Of a stretch of DNA of 64,000 nt, positions 23,490 to 36,738 are shown in pieces (position 1 is the stretch's first letter; the number at the start of each line of letters is the position of its first letter). This DNA is from Octopus vulgaris. Lineage: Eukaryota. Where the stretch lies: the NCBI GenBank assembly GCA_951406725.2, contig OX597837.1, positions 37,634,001 through 37,698,000 of the forward strand, in the 5' to 3' direction. Position numbers and translations under genes: made by a program. The notes under the pieces are model-generated. The model was not told the origin of the DNA. It made no database searches and worked only from the letters and a program-made list of their open reading frames with translations.

Positions 23490-23876
23490 TGTGTGGTAAG
23501 TAGCTTGCTAACCAACCACATGGTTCCGGGTTCAGTCCCACTGCGTGGCATCTTGGGCAAGTGTCTTCTGCTATAGCCCCGGGCCGACCAATGCCTTGTG
23601 AATGGATTTGGTAGACAGAAACTGAAAGAAGCCTGTCGTATATATGTATATATGTATAAGTGTGTGTGTATATGTTTGTGTGTCTGTGTTTGGCCCCCTA
23701 GCATTGCTTGACAACCGATGCTAGTGTGTTTGCGTCCCTGTCACTTAGCGGTTCGGCGAAAGAGACCGATAGAATAAGTACTGGGCTTACAAAGAATAAG
23801 CCCCGGGGTCGATTTGCTCGACTTAAGGCGGTGTTCCAGCATGGCCGCACAAATGACTGAAACAAGTAAAAGAGTA
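23490..23876 (+). mobile_element. SINE family C, inserted after the duplication
   Basis: The paralogous site near 35850 is empty (gtagacatt|cgcggga). Confidence 0.9.
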
Positions 23877-24530
23877 TTCGCGGGAGCCCAGTGTGTCGGT
23901 TCCACGTGGTTGCCTTCGTTTCGAAAAGGAGATGGTTGTTGATTACGTACAGATTCGATAAGTTTTTGGGCAACTTATGTGGTCTCGCTTTCGAATCTTG
24001 ACTTAGGTATTTGGTAGCTGTTTGCTACATCAGTTTTCCTTCAGATAATTTGTCGAAGACGATCGACCGATAACAAGACAAATTGCAGGAAAGTGCTCCA
24101 TGCAAAAATTGAAGAATGCTCAAAATTTCGATTGCAAAGTGTGCAGTTACAGGTGGATGTGAAACCAAGGACATTCAGCTGCGGACTTTCAGAGAAAGAA
24201 GCTGAGACGAGAGAGTGCATTCTCAATCCATGGTACAATTGGGAAATTTCTGGCAGTAGTGTGCTGCTGTGGTAAGTGTCCTAAAAAAAAGGGCAAAGGC
24301 CTTGATGGTCCGACATTGTGATCATGTACAATTGCTGTGGGTAAGCAAGACGGCAAAGTGTAAGGGACATGATGGAGTGTTGAGTTGGGAAAACTTTCTC
24401 CATATATAGACACACTTATATATGTTTAAACGATAAACTTCTGGGGAGTTTTACAGATTTTTACAGTTCCAGTGATGGATTGGATCTGTAGTCCTCGAAT
24501 TAGCTTTCTCCTTTCTGGGTTTGAGAAGCC

Positions 24531-24930
24531 TATGTATGTATGTATGTATGTATGTATGTATGTATGTATGTATGTATGTATGTATGTATGTATGTATGTA
24601 TGTATGTATGTGTGTGTGTATGTGTGTATGTGTGTACGTACGTATGTATGTATGTATGTATGTATGTATGTATGTATGTATGTATATATGTATGTATGTA
24701 TGTATATTTGTATGTATGTATGTGTGTGTATGTGTGTATGTGTGTACGTATGTATGCATGTATGCATGTATGTATGTATGTATGTGTGTGTGTATGTATG
24801 TATGTATGTATGTATGTGTGTGTATGTGTGTATGTGTGTACGTATGTATGCATGTATGTATGTATGTATGTATGTATGTATGTATGTATGTATGTATGTA
24901 TGTATGTATGTATGTATGTATGTGTGTATG
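24531..24930. repeat. (TATG)n microsatellite
   Basis: Directly visible. Confidence 0.95.
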
Positions 24931-26027
24931 GACGTTGATTATTATTTTCAGAAAAATATATAGAGTAGCACAGCATAATAGAATCGGTCGGCGAAGAATT
25001 GCAAACACCTGCTTGAAAATATGTTGCGAAAAACACGCACCGAGAACTGAATAATACGAATGAACGGGGAAAAAATGAGAAAAATACTTAATCTAAAATA
25101 TGGAAGCGCATAAATTAGGTATCTTCCCGGAATGCGTTTTCGCGGAATTAAGCTTCGCGTGTTTATGAACATGCTAACATATAAAGAAATAAAAGTTATG
25201 CAGAGCAGAAAGCATAATTAAGTGTACGAAATAATGTTTAAAAAAAAAAAAAAACAGAAAGAAAAACAAAGAAAAATAAAGAAAATTGACAAACTTTGTA
25301 GACGTGTCCTTTGCTAAACATCTGGTTCTGAAATGCAAGGGAAGAATAGGTGCAGCTTAGAAGAGGTTCACGGGAGTCTATGAAAGTTTATATGCGCAAC
25401 TGTCCATAAGAATTGTGGAAGAATGCAGGATTTTTTTATAATTCGGGTCGCCAACAAAAAGTGTGACTGTCGAAATTGTTGTGCTTGCAGGCTTCCATAG
25501 TTTCGTTTATGTAGTTCTAATGTGAGTAACTGTCGAAACTGTTGCGGTTACAGGCTTCCATTGTTTTAAACGTGTAACTGTGTGGGCAGCCATTAATTAC
25601 GTGGTTGGCTGGATATTCAGCGAAGTGTATCGCAGTCGGCTGCATTGCTTTTCTTTGTAGGTAGATGGCGTGTTTGTTACCTGTTGAAAATGGGATTGCA
25701 GAATTTCGATACGAGAATGTATTTCGTTGCTTACTTACTGGTTTACGGACCGTAAGTTTTGGTATGGTGTGAGCATTTCAAGAGAAAAGTATGCTTATTG
25801 GTTTCCAAAAGCCCGATTTAACTGCTTAAAAACTTCGGATTCTCTGGGAATGTTCTGGAGATATTTTGCTAACGTATTCAATACAAACTTTGGCTTGGCG
25901 TCATTTGGTCTTGCAGAATTTGGCAGTTTGTTAAGAAGGCAGTAATTCATTTTGTACTCTAGGCACAAGGCCCGAAATTTTGGGGGAGGGGGGCCTGTCG
26001 ATTAGATTGGCCCCAGTACGCATCAAG

Positions 26028-26240
26028 AGGAATTTCAAGGAAATCGGAATATTGTGCTCAAAAGAACTGTTATAAAAAGTTTGCATCTTTGGCACGGCCA
26101 GAATCACCAGGAAAGTATTAGATATTTCAAAAGGACAACATGGTACCGTGGGCTGCAGGCAGCATTCCCGCGACGCATTCAAGACTCCAGAATTTCAATA
26201 AAACCTTTGTTAGAAAGAATAAGAATAAAAATAATGATGA
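26028..26240 (+). mobile_element. 3' end of an R4/Dong-like LINE carried in the duplicated unit (also about 30890-31160 and 37695-37955)
   Basis: The three copies translate, with frameshifts, to ...IKEIGIL...LQQK...GTARITRKVLD* followed by a shared 3' UTR. Confidence 0.55.
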
Positions 26241-26410
26241 CGGTTTCAAATTTTATTATATTTTATTTGTATGTCTGTGTCTACGCACGTGCGTCTGTGT
26301 ATGTTATTATTCAGTTTATTTCAAGATTTCTTGCCAATAGAGAAAGAACCAGTTTCTAACCTAGATCCAAGGCTCCTATATTGGAATTTCAACATCAACA
26401 ACAGGATGTG

Positions 26411-26502
<92 letters not shown>

Positions 26503-26533
26503 ATGCATGTATGTATGTATGTATGTATGTATG

Positions 26534-26560
<27 letters not shown>

Positions 26561-26564
<4 letters not shown>

Positions 26565-27351
26565 GACATTTGAGGACGTTATACTTCTCGTTTGATTTGG
26601 TCATATATTCCATAACTTTTGAAGCCACGACAGGAAAATAGCAACATATAAAAAAGCCGAAAATTAGCATCATCATCTTTGCCTTGTTTATCTCGTCTGC
26701 TTCTGAATTGTTTGTTTTTGTACTGGGGCCAATCGTTCCCAACTGTTTCCTTGCTATCCACATCACCTTTACATAAAAGAAAATAGTTATGATAATATAC
26801 AGAAAGCCGGTAATAAAAATGAACGAGTTGATCCATTTTGGGTAAATGTTTTCAAATGAACAAATCGTCACATTCTCCCGTCCACTGTAAAGCGATATGA
26901 CGACCGTAAGCAATATATTTCCCAACCAAGAAAGCAAAATGGCGGCGCTGGTCGTCTGCTTTGTCACGTAAATGTTATATTTAAAAGGCATAACTACTGC
27001 AATGTACCGTTCAATGGAGAGCAACGTTAGATTGCTGAGAGACAAGCAGGCCGAAAGGAAGTTTGATGAAAATGTTAAAATACAAACCGATCTTGAGGCA
27101 CTATTAGAGAATTTTGCTATGATTGTTGGTATCAAGGCTGAGATTCCGTATGCAATGTCGCCTGAGGCAAGGCTCGCTACAATCATATTGGTGTAATTTC
27201 GTAATGTTGGGTACTTGAAAATACAAATAACTGTGAGGAGGTTGAAGAAAACTATGGGAAACAAAATTACTATCTCAAATGTTTGATTGATATGGTACAT
27301 TAGGTTGAACGACCAGCGATAGTGGAGCATGTATTAAGTGGTGTTTTCCAT
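26561..27351 (-). pseudogene. GPCR paralogue 2: nonsense at codon 6, TM7 and helix 8 deleted
   Basis: Begins ATG GAA AAC ACC ACT TAA. The frame reopens at ATG 27330, but homology stops after KCLT and runs into (TACA)n(CA)n. Confidence 0.85.
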
Positions 27352-27380
27352 GGTTGTGCATATCAGTAGAAAAACACTCT

Positions 27381-27450
<70 letters not shown>

Positions 27451-27598
27451 AGTGTGTGCATGTGTGAGTGTGTGTGTGTGTGTATTTTGGGAGACGGGGT
27501 GAGTGAGAGAGAGAGAGAGAGAACATGTAGGTGTACACGTAGATACATACACTTATATATTCAAACATGGTTATGTGCGCATGTGTGTGTGTGGGGGG

Positions 27599-27655
<57 letters not shown>

Positions 27656-27922
27656 AGTGCGTGCGTGGGTGTGTTGCAAAATACCTAATTTGTCCATTCT
27701 TACTCTGGAATCACGCAATCAATTAGTTCCGAAACACCTGAGTCCAATAATTCGAGAGAAATTTCTTTGAAATACCTGCTTAATCTTTTCTAAATAAAGT
27801 TCGGCAACGATCTATACAATGTTCTTTGAAATTTAATAAGATTTATGGCGTTTAATTAGCTTTGATGGTTTTTCTAAGCCCGACCACAACCATCACAGAC
27901 AGTGTTTCGTATTTCTTACACT

Positions 27923-27961
<39 letters not shown>

Positions 27962-28497
27962 GGATATTTCGTCCTTCGCCCTTTTATTTCCGTAACCTAG
28001 TAACGCTTTTTATTCTAGGATAACCGCTTGGCATTTTGTCCAAACCGTTAACAATAATGATCCCATCAGTTTTCTGTAGAAAGAAGATAATGAACAAGCG
28101 CATACCCCTCCTTCCCTCAAAAAAAAAAAGATGGGTAGTGAGAAACAATGAGACACAGTCGACCTCTAACAGATAATTTTCGGTTGCAAAATAGGGCCAT
28201 GATCATGATTCTGGAAAGAAAAAAGAAAAAAGGGTAAAAATAATGATCTTTTTTAAAGGCAATATGTATCCATATTTTTCAGAAGTTTTGTAATCTAACA
28301 CAAGCGTTCGGGGCATACTTTGACCTGTTTGCCTGCCGACTTTATCTCGGAATAACTTTTAGAAAAATGGGTATTTTTTTTTAATGAAATTTTCTACACA
28401 TACCTTTCAGATGGTGTAGGTGACGATTATATCGGAATTTGATATGAAAGAAACAAATATATATATATATATATATATATTAGTGAGATTACACACA

Positions 28498-28716
28498 TAC
28501 GATGGGGTTTGTGGAAAAGTTCCTGGTTTTAGGTAAAAGAAAATACAGGAAGATCAGTTATGATTTTATTCAGCATATTCCCCTCTCAGATTCACACACT
28601 TATTGCAGCAGTACTTAAGTTTTTCTGAGCCTTATAAAAGAACTTGGAAGGCTGGGGCTCCAGCCAGGCTTTTTGCGAGACCCTTAAAACGAGGAACCTT
28701 TCAGTACACCCTCGTA
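28498..28716. mobile_element. Tc1/mariner-type MITE (paralogue at 34981-35172)
   Basis: Ends tacga(t)ggg...gaaaagttcct / aggaacctttc...ccctcgta with TA flanks. Confidence 0.65.
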
Positions 28717-29149
28717 CATGCTGATGCATAACACAATTTTGTTTTTTCAAAATTTACGAGTTTCATTTTGTAGATATTTGTGATGTGTGCCAATTGATGT
28801 GGGCAGCCATTAATTACGTGGTTGGCTGGTTATTCAGCGAAGTGCATCGTAGTCGGTTGCATTGCTTTTCTTTGTCGGTAGATGGCGTGTTGTTACCTGT
28901 TGAAAATGGGACTGCAGAATTTCGATACGAGAATGTATTTCGTTGCTTACTTACTGGTTTACGGATCGTAAGTTTTGATAAGAGAAAAGTATGCTTATTG
29001 GTTTCCAAAAGCCCGATTTAAAAGTTTAAAAACTTCTGATTCTCTGGGAATGTTCTGGAGATATTTTGCTAATGTATTCAATACAAACTTTGGCTCGGCG
29101 TAATTTGGTCTTGCAAAATTTGTCAGTTTGTTAAGAAGGCAGTAATTCA

Positions 29150-29362
29150 TTTTGTACTCTAGGCACAAGGCCCGAAATCTTTGGGGAGGGGACCAGTCGA
29201 TTAGATCTTTTCCAGTATGCAACTGGTACTTAATTAATCGACCCCGAAAGGATGAAGGGCAAAGTCGACCTCGGCGGAACTTGAACTCAGAACGTAAAGA
29301 CAGACGAAAGACCGCTAAGCTTTTCGCCCGGCGTGCTAACGTTTCGGCCAGCTCGTCGCCTT
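29150..29362 (-). mobile_element. SINE family A
   Basis: Reverse complement of the family A consensus. Confidence 0.8.
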
Positions 29363-29614
29363 ATGAAGGCAGTAATTCCGTTAAGTAGAATGTAACGATT
29401 TTGAAGGTAATTGGTTCAGAAGACATGGAATTCTTGTAGTCGAGGGTAGAAGGCAGCTGTTCGTTTAGTCTTGTTACCAGCTATAAGAATGAAGTCACAA
29501 ATGATAACGAAGATATGACAGACGGTTACTAATTATAACGACGAATCTTAACGTTAAGATGGATCGGATACATGAATGAGTGAAGAACAATATTAATTGC
29601 GTATTAAGATGGTT

Positions 29615-30030
29615 GGCACCGGTATGGCTATATGGTAAGAAATTTGCTTCGCAATCACTTAGTTCCGGGTTCAGTCCCACCGTGTGGAACAATGGCCAAG
29701 TGATTTTTTACTATAGCTTCGGGCTGATCAAAACCTTGCGAGTGGATTTGGTTGATGGAAGCTCAAAGAGGCCCATCGTATAAATACATGTGTGTGTGTG
29801 TGTTTGTGTGTGTGACTTTGTGTCTGTGTTTGTCCTCCTTGCATGTTTACAACCGGTGCTGGTGTGTTTCCATTCCCGTAACTTTGCGATGCAGCAAAAG
29901 AAACCGATAGAATAAGTACCAGGCTTTTAAAAAAAAATTGCACTGGGCTAGATTCGTTCGACTAAAATGTTTCAAAACGGTGCTTCAGCATGGCCGCAGT
30001 CTGATGGCTGAAACAGATAAAAGGTAAACT
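29615..30030 (+). mobile_element. SINE family C, diverged
   Basis: Collinear with 15920-16340. Confidence 0.75.
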
Positions 30031-30412
30031 ATAAAAAAAAAAAGGAAAAAGAAAATTGTTATTGTTATTCGTTGCATCGTAGAAAATAGTTTCATGTGTA
30101 TGGCTGCTAGAAAAAGACAGATTAAGGAAGTCTAGGTAAGTAGAGAGGGAGATAAATCTACTTTCCCGATTTGATCAGCATATTGAGAGATTTGCTCTTT
30201 GGCCAGAGACGAATCGATCCAAAGAGAAAGAAAGCGATTTGGCTTTTTTGTATTTATGCTCTTCGTTACTTAAATTAGGCTAAGCTAAAAATAGGAGTTC
30301 TCCTTGCTAATCAGCTTTAACCGAAGATTGTTTCGATAAAACTCAAGAGGTGTTGTTGTTCTCATGAATTCCGGAGTGCAACAGGCTAAATCAATAGACC
30401 ACCACCACCACC

Positions 30413-30444
<32 letters not shown>

Positions 30445-30729
30445 CAACAACAACAGCAACAACAACAACAACAGCTGTTCAAGAATTTGGACCTGGAGAT
30501 CTCCATTTCCAGCGACTTCGAGGGCCACCTCCCAGTGGTGTCGGGCGTCAACGAAGAGCCCTCGACTACAACAAGACGATCAAAGTTTTTTCTTTTTCCA
30601 AGGTCTGGGGTCTCCCACCCCCTAAGCCCTAGACCATCACCTAATCACCCTTACCCGTCTTGTTGCTTAACAACAACAGCAACCAACAACAACAACAACA
30701 TGACTACCAGCACCACCGTCGCCACCACC

Positions 30730-30761
<32 letters not shown>

Positions 30762-31194
30762 CAACAACGACAATAAGAACTGATGCTGCGTGTCCCTTTG
30801 ACCAAAGGAATAGTCAAGGAGGAAGACGGAAAAATAGACGTGTACATTCCGGTTAAACATGACATAATTCAACTTTGGATGATAAAGAATGTGGAGAGAC
30901 TGCTGAATATTGTTGGGTCCTTGGCGGGAAAGTACCAGAAGGCACCAAGAGGAATATCAAGGAAATCAGAATATTGTGCCTAGTAGAACTGCAACAAAAC
31001 AGTTTGCTTCTTTGGCACGGCCAGAATCACCAGGAAAGTATTAGATAGTTCAAAAGGACAACATGGTACCGTAGGCTGCAGGCAGCATTCCCGCGTCGCA
31101 TTCAACACTCCAGAATTTCAACAAAAACTGTGTTAAAAAGAAGAAGAATGAAAAAAATGATGACGGTTTTAAATTTTATTATATTATATATGTA

Positions 31195-31590
31195 CTAGCA
31201 GTATCGCCCGGCGTTGCTCGGGTTTGTAAGGGAAATAACTATATAAGCATTTTTAGAGAGTTATAGCCAAAAAATAGCAAAAAAATGCATTAAAAATGGG
31301 AAAAAAATAATGGTAAATTTTTTTTAAACCGTTGACTCATCGTAGACATTTTTAGAGAGTTACTTCCCTTATATAATAGCGAAAAAATGCATTAAAATGG
31401 AAAAAAATGATGGTAAATTTTTTTTAAAATCGTAGACTCATCGTAAACGTCGCTAATACCCAGAAGGGCTCGATATGAATCACGACTATAAGATACCCGG
31501 TTTTCGTTAAACTGCACCGCAAAATGTGGGAGTAGTTAGGAATTTAAATTGTAGGAGACAGACACACAACTTGACTTTTATATATAAAGA
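31195..31590 (-). mobile_element. Non-autonomous Helitron (396 bp)
   Basis: Minus strand starts TCtttatatataaaa and ends with hairpin cccgagcaacgccggg plus CTAG; inserted in A|T with no TSD; absent from the paralogous site near 26265. Confidence 0.85.
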
Positions 31591-31733
31591 TATCTGTGTG
31601 CACGCGCGTACGTCTGTGTATGTTATTATTCAGTTTATTTCAAGATTTCTTGCCAATAGAGAAAGAACCAGTTTCTAACCTAGATCCAAGGCTCCTATAC
31701 TGGAATTTCAAGATCAACAACAGTGTATTTTTG

Positions 31734-31767
<34 letters not shown>

Positions 31768-31879
31768 TGTATGTATGTATGTATGTATGTATGTATGTAT
31801 GTATGTGCAGATTTGTATGTTTTATGTATGTATTCTCATGCATATAGTTACATATCTAAACATGCTTATATATACTTAA

Positions 31880-32250
31880 AGGATAAAATTCTGGAAAGTT
31901 TTAAAGATTTTCATAGTTCCAGTGATGGATTGGATCTGTAATCTTCGAAGTAGCTTTCTCCTTTCTGGTTTTGAGAAGCCTAATTTCTCAAGATTGGTAT
32001 TTAGGCAGTATGTTACAAATCCCAATGCCCCCAATAATTACAGGTATAAACCTGAACTTGTAATCTAGATACAGTAACTGCAGATTTCTCAATAGTTCAG
32101 CGTAGGCATTCTCTTTGTCACTGATCTTCAGCTTTATGTTAATATCAGCTGGGCAGCTAATTTCCACAACTGTGCACAGTTTCTCTTCTCTATCCCAAAT
32201 CATTATATGAGGTTTGTTGTGCTTACATTTTATTGAGGTCTTCACTGGTG
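31880..32250 (-). mobile_element. R4/Dong-like LINE 3' fragment with restriction-like endonuclease domain (paralogue about 38675-39075; short piece 24440-24530)
   Basis: Translation KHNKPHIMIWDREEKLCTVVEISCPADIN...KENAYAEL...FIPVIIG. Confidence 0.7.
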
Positions 32251-32789
32251 GCTTCTACCATACGTCCTTCTTCGAGTTCAACGTCCTTTCCGAGCCCTAG
32301 ACGCATAATGCTAGTTTCCTAGATCTCGTGGTGTATATGTTCTCCCAAAGTGTACAGAGATGCACGAGGTAATGTTGGGTAGTGTTCTGAAACTTGGATA
32401 TCGTGAAAAGAAATACTGGTGTTTTGCAAGATAAAGAAACGCTCAATACAAAAATGTCTTCCATAATTTCAAAGTTATATTTTCATACGTTTTCAAATAA
32501 AATCTTTAAAACATTTTTTTTTTGTGACAATTAACATATTATTAAAATTAGGGTAGAGAGTGATTTGTCAATAAATTATAGCGAAATGGTACACGATTTT
32601 AGGAAAAAATCATAAAAGAGTTGCCAGTTAAAATAAATTTAGGGTTCTTTGAGGCGATTCCAATATTTTCATGCTTTAATTTCCGTGTAAAAAGGTTTCC
32701 TGTAGTCTTGCACGTTAAGAACCTTGTATGTCCATGTTTGTAATCCGAGTCATCCAGTTGTTTGATTTCAGTGCAAAAAGCAAAAGACA

Positions 32790-33710
32790 TCAATGTTGGT
32801 TGGAGGAAAGGCTTAGTTTGTTGCAACACAAGAAATGTTTGGTGGCCTTTCGGAACTGTTTACTGCAGATATTATAGACGAAAAAATTAATGAAATAGTT
32901 GATTTTAATGAAGAAAGTTGTGAGACATTTGACGACGGTATATCTTTCGTTTGATTTGGACATATATTCTATGACTTTTAAAGCCACAACAGGAATATAG
33001 CAACATATAAAAAAGCCGAAAATTAGCATCATCATCTTTGCCTTGTTTATCTCGTCTGCTTCTGAATTGTTTGTTTTTGTATTGGGGCCAATCGTTCGCA
33101 ACTGTTTCCTTGCTATCCACATCACCTTTACATAAAAGAAAACAGTTATGATAATATACAGAGAGCCGGTAAAAAAAATGAACGAGTTGATCCATTTTGG
33201 GTAAATGTTTTCAAATGAACAAATCGTCACATTCTCCCGTCCACTGTAAAGCGATATGACGACCGTAAGCAATATATTTCCCAACCAAGAAAGCAAAATG
33301 GCGGCGCTGGTCGTCTGCTTTGTTACGTAAATATTATATTTAAATGGCATAACTACTGCAATGTACCGTTCAATGGAGAGCAACGTTAGATTGCTGAGAG
33401 ACAAGTAGGCCGAACAGAAATTTGTTGATATTATTAAAATACAAAGCGATCTCGAGGCACTATTAGATAATTTCGCCGTGATTGTTGGTATCAAGGCTAA
33501 CATTCCGTATGCAATGTCGCCTGAGGCAAGGCTCGCTACGAACATATTGGTGTAATTTCGTAATGTTATGTACTTGAAAATACAAATAACTGTGAGGAGG
33601 TTGAAGAAAACTATGGGAAACAAAGATAATATTTCAAATGTTAAAGAGATATAATCCATTGGATGGAACGAACAGCGAAATTGGAGCATGAATAAAGTTG
33701 TGTTTTCCAT
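32790..33710 (-). CDS. Intronless class A GPCR, paralogue 3 (306 aa)
   Basis: Intact ORF, same length and motifs as paralogue 1. Confidence 0.92.
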   Translation of the reverse strand: MENTTLFMLQFRCSFHPMDYISLTFEILSLFPIVFFNLLTVICIFKYITLRNYTNMFVASLASGDIAYGMLALIPTITAKLSNSASRSLCILIISTNFCSAYLSLSNLTLLSIERYIAVVMPFKYNIYVTKQTTSAAILLSWLGNILLTVVISLYSGRENVTICSFENIYPKWINSFIFFTGSLYIIITVFFYVKVMWIARKQLRTIGPNTKTNNSEADEINKAKMMMLIFGFFICCYIPVVALKVIEYMSKSNERYTVVKCLTTFFIKINYFINFFVYNICSKQFRKATKHFLCCNKLSLSSNQH

Positions 33711-33741
33711 ATTTGTGCATTTCAGTAGAAAGACAATCTCT

Positions 33742-34062
<321 letters not shown>

Positions 34063-35437
34063 TTCGAGAGACGGAATGAGAGACAGAGAGAGAGAACATG
34101 TAGGTGTACACGTTGATACATACACTTATACATTCAAACATGATTATGTGCGCGTGTTTTGTGTGTATGTGTGTGTGTGTTCGTGCGTGTATTGCAAAAT
34201 TCCTAATTTGTCCATTCTTACTCTGGAATCATGCAATCAATTAGTTCCGAAACACCTGAGTCCAATAATTCGAGAGAAATTTCTTTGAAATACCTGCTTA
34301 ATCTTTCTAAATAAAGTTCGGAAACAATCTATACAATGTTCTTTGAAATTTAATAAGATTTATGGTGTTTAATTAGCTTTGATGGGTTTTTCTAAGCCCG
34401 ACCACAACCATCCCAGACAGTGTTTCATACTTCTTACACTGACACGCACACAAACACGAATATTTCGTTCTTCGTCCACTTATTTCCGTAACCTAGCAAC
34501 GCTTTTTATTCTAGGATAACCGCTTGGCATTTTGTCCAACTCTTTAACAATAATGACTCCATCAGTTTTCTGTAGAAAGAAGATAATGAACAATCGCATA
34601 CCCTTCCTTCCATCAAAAAAGATGGGTAGTAAGAAACAATGAGGCACAGACGACCTCTAACAGATAATTTTCGGTGCAAAATAGGGCCATGATCATGATT
34701 CTGGAAAGAAAAAATAAAAAAGGAGAAAAATAATGATCTTTTTTAAAGGCAATATGTATCAGTGTTTTCCAGAAGTTCTCTAACCTAACACAAGCGTTCG
34801 GGGCATACTTTGACAATTATATCCGCCGAATTTATTTCGTTTTAACTTTTAGATAAATGGGTATTTTTTAGAATGAAATTTTCTACAAATACCTTTCAGA
34901 TGGTGTTGGTGACGATTATATCGGAATTTGATATGAAAGAAACAAAAATATATATATATATATTAGTGAGATTACACACATACGATGGGGTGCGGAAAAG
35001 TTCCTGGTTTTAGGTAAAAGAAAATACAGGAAGATCAGTTATGATTTTATTCTACACATTCCCCTCTCAGATTCACACACTTATTGCAGCAGTCCTTCAG
35101 TTTTTCTAAGCCTTGTAAAAGAACTTGGAAGGTTGGGCCTCCAGCCAGGAACTTTTCAGTACACCCTCGCATATGCTGATGCATAACACAATTTTGTTTT
35201 TTCAAAATTTACGAGTTTCATTTTGTAGATATTTGTGATGTGTGTCAGAATGTATGTGTAGAAGCGACCAACATTTTTAAATAACCGTTTTTCTGAAAGT
35301 TAGGAGGAAACAAAGCCAACCCGTATGAATTTTCCGAAACTCCTCTCCGAAAAATGTTTTCCGCAAGAAATTCCGATATAATCGGAATCTACACCATCTG
35401 AAGCATATTTTAACTTTTTTCTTTTATATTATACCTG

Positions 35438-35565
35438 TTTCATTCATTAAACTGCGGCCATGCTGGAGCACCGCCTTGAAGAACTTCTTTTCTGGTACTT
35501 ATTCTATCAGTATCTTTTACTGAACCATAAAAACACCAGCACCAGTTCTCTATCGGTGGTCGGGG

Positions 35566-35624
<59 letters not shown>

Positions 35625-35775
35625 CACGCACGCGCGCACATATACTCTCTCGCTCACACGTACGCCTGGTTTCTTTCGGTTTCCTTTTGTGAAATTCAAT
35701 CACAAGGCTTCGGTCGGCTCCGGACTATAGTAGAAGACACTTGCTCAAGATGTCCCACAGAGGAACCGAAACCAA
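35438..35775 (-). mobile_element. SINE family C, old
   Basis: ctgcggccatgctggagcaccgcc...cacaaggcttcggtcgg...gaagacacttgctcaag. Confidence 0.7.
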
Positions 35776-36067
35776 GACAGTGATTGTTAAAACTAATTAA
35801 ACTGACTTAACAATAAAGCAATCGCATACTTTAGAAATTTTGTAGACATTCGCGGGAGTCCAGTGTGTCGGTTCCACGTGGTTGCCTTCGTTTCCAAAAG
35901 GAGATGGTTGTTGATTACGTACAGATTCGATATGTTTTGGGGGTAACGCTAATCGAAGCAGATTCGCAAGCCCACAAAATATTCGTTGGGAATCAACGAC
36001 AGTTATCTCTCCCGGTCGAAAACAATCTAGATGATTCCGGAATATTCGAAGCTAACGTGATTAAATG

Positions 36068-36738
36068 CTCGGGCTAAAACTACGCGCCTTCACTAGTCAG
36101 TTAAGGTGAGACAGTGTCAGGTGACAACTTGCTGGGGCTGCCTGCTGGAGCCTAGCAGCAGGTATTTAAAGGGGAAAATTTGCTAATGTACTACGCATAA
36201 CCTCAAAATAATGCGCTGGAGGTCGCTAATAGAACATCGCCTAATTAAGCGGTATTCCCGCTTAAATCAGCCTCTCTTCTCCAACTTTCTTCTCTGCTGC
36301 TTCTTCGAAATACGACAAAGGTTCATCGCGACTTAGAGAGAACCAGGCACATGAATTCGATATTTGATTTCCTAGCATTAGTTCAACATGGTATTCTGCG
36401 TCTAGAGCCTGTGGAAAGTAAATCTCGTAGCTTGATTTAGTTCTACTCAAAGTCATCATGGAACATGGCAAGTTGTTCGAAACCTTTCTTCTACCCAGAA
36501 ATCTTTATTGAACATTGTGTACTCACCGTACACGTTCATTTATCACATGTCGGAATAAAACACTGAATATGAAGTTATTCACACACCGTCACCTGACTGA
36601 CAGGTGACGGTCGTTTAGAAAATGCGCGGGCTAAAACTACGCGCCTTCACTAGTCAGTTAAGGTGAGACAGTGTCACGTGACAACTTGCTGGGGTTGCCT
36701 GCTGGAGCCTAGCAGCAGGTATTTAAAGGGAAAATTTT
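36068..36738. repeat. ~115-bp direct repeats (36068-36182, 36625-36738) inside an unclassified GC-richer insert
   Basis: cgggctaaaactacgcgcc...gcaggtatttaaaggg occurs twice with about 3 differences. Confidence 0.75.

Noticed and set aside
24040-24160. Cys-rich zinc-finger-like remnant (related to 37575-37685)
   Set aside because: A CxxC pattern appears only by joining frames; too short and degraded to assign.
30364-30783. Poly-His/poly-Gln ORF resembling a transcription-factor exon
   Set aside because: It is built from (CAC)/(CAA) tracts around a short unique stretch, with no domain or convincing splice context.
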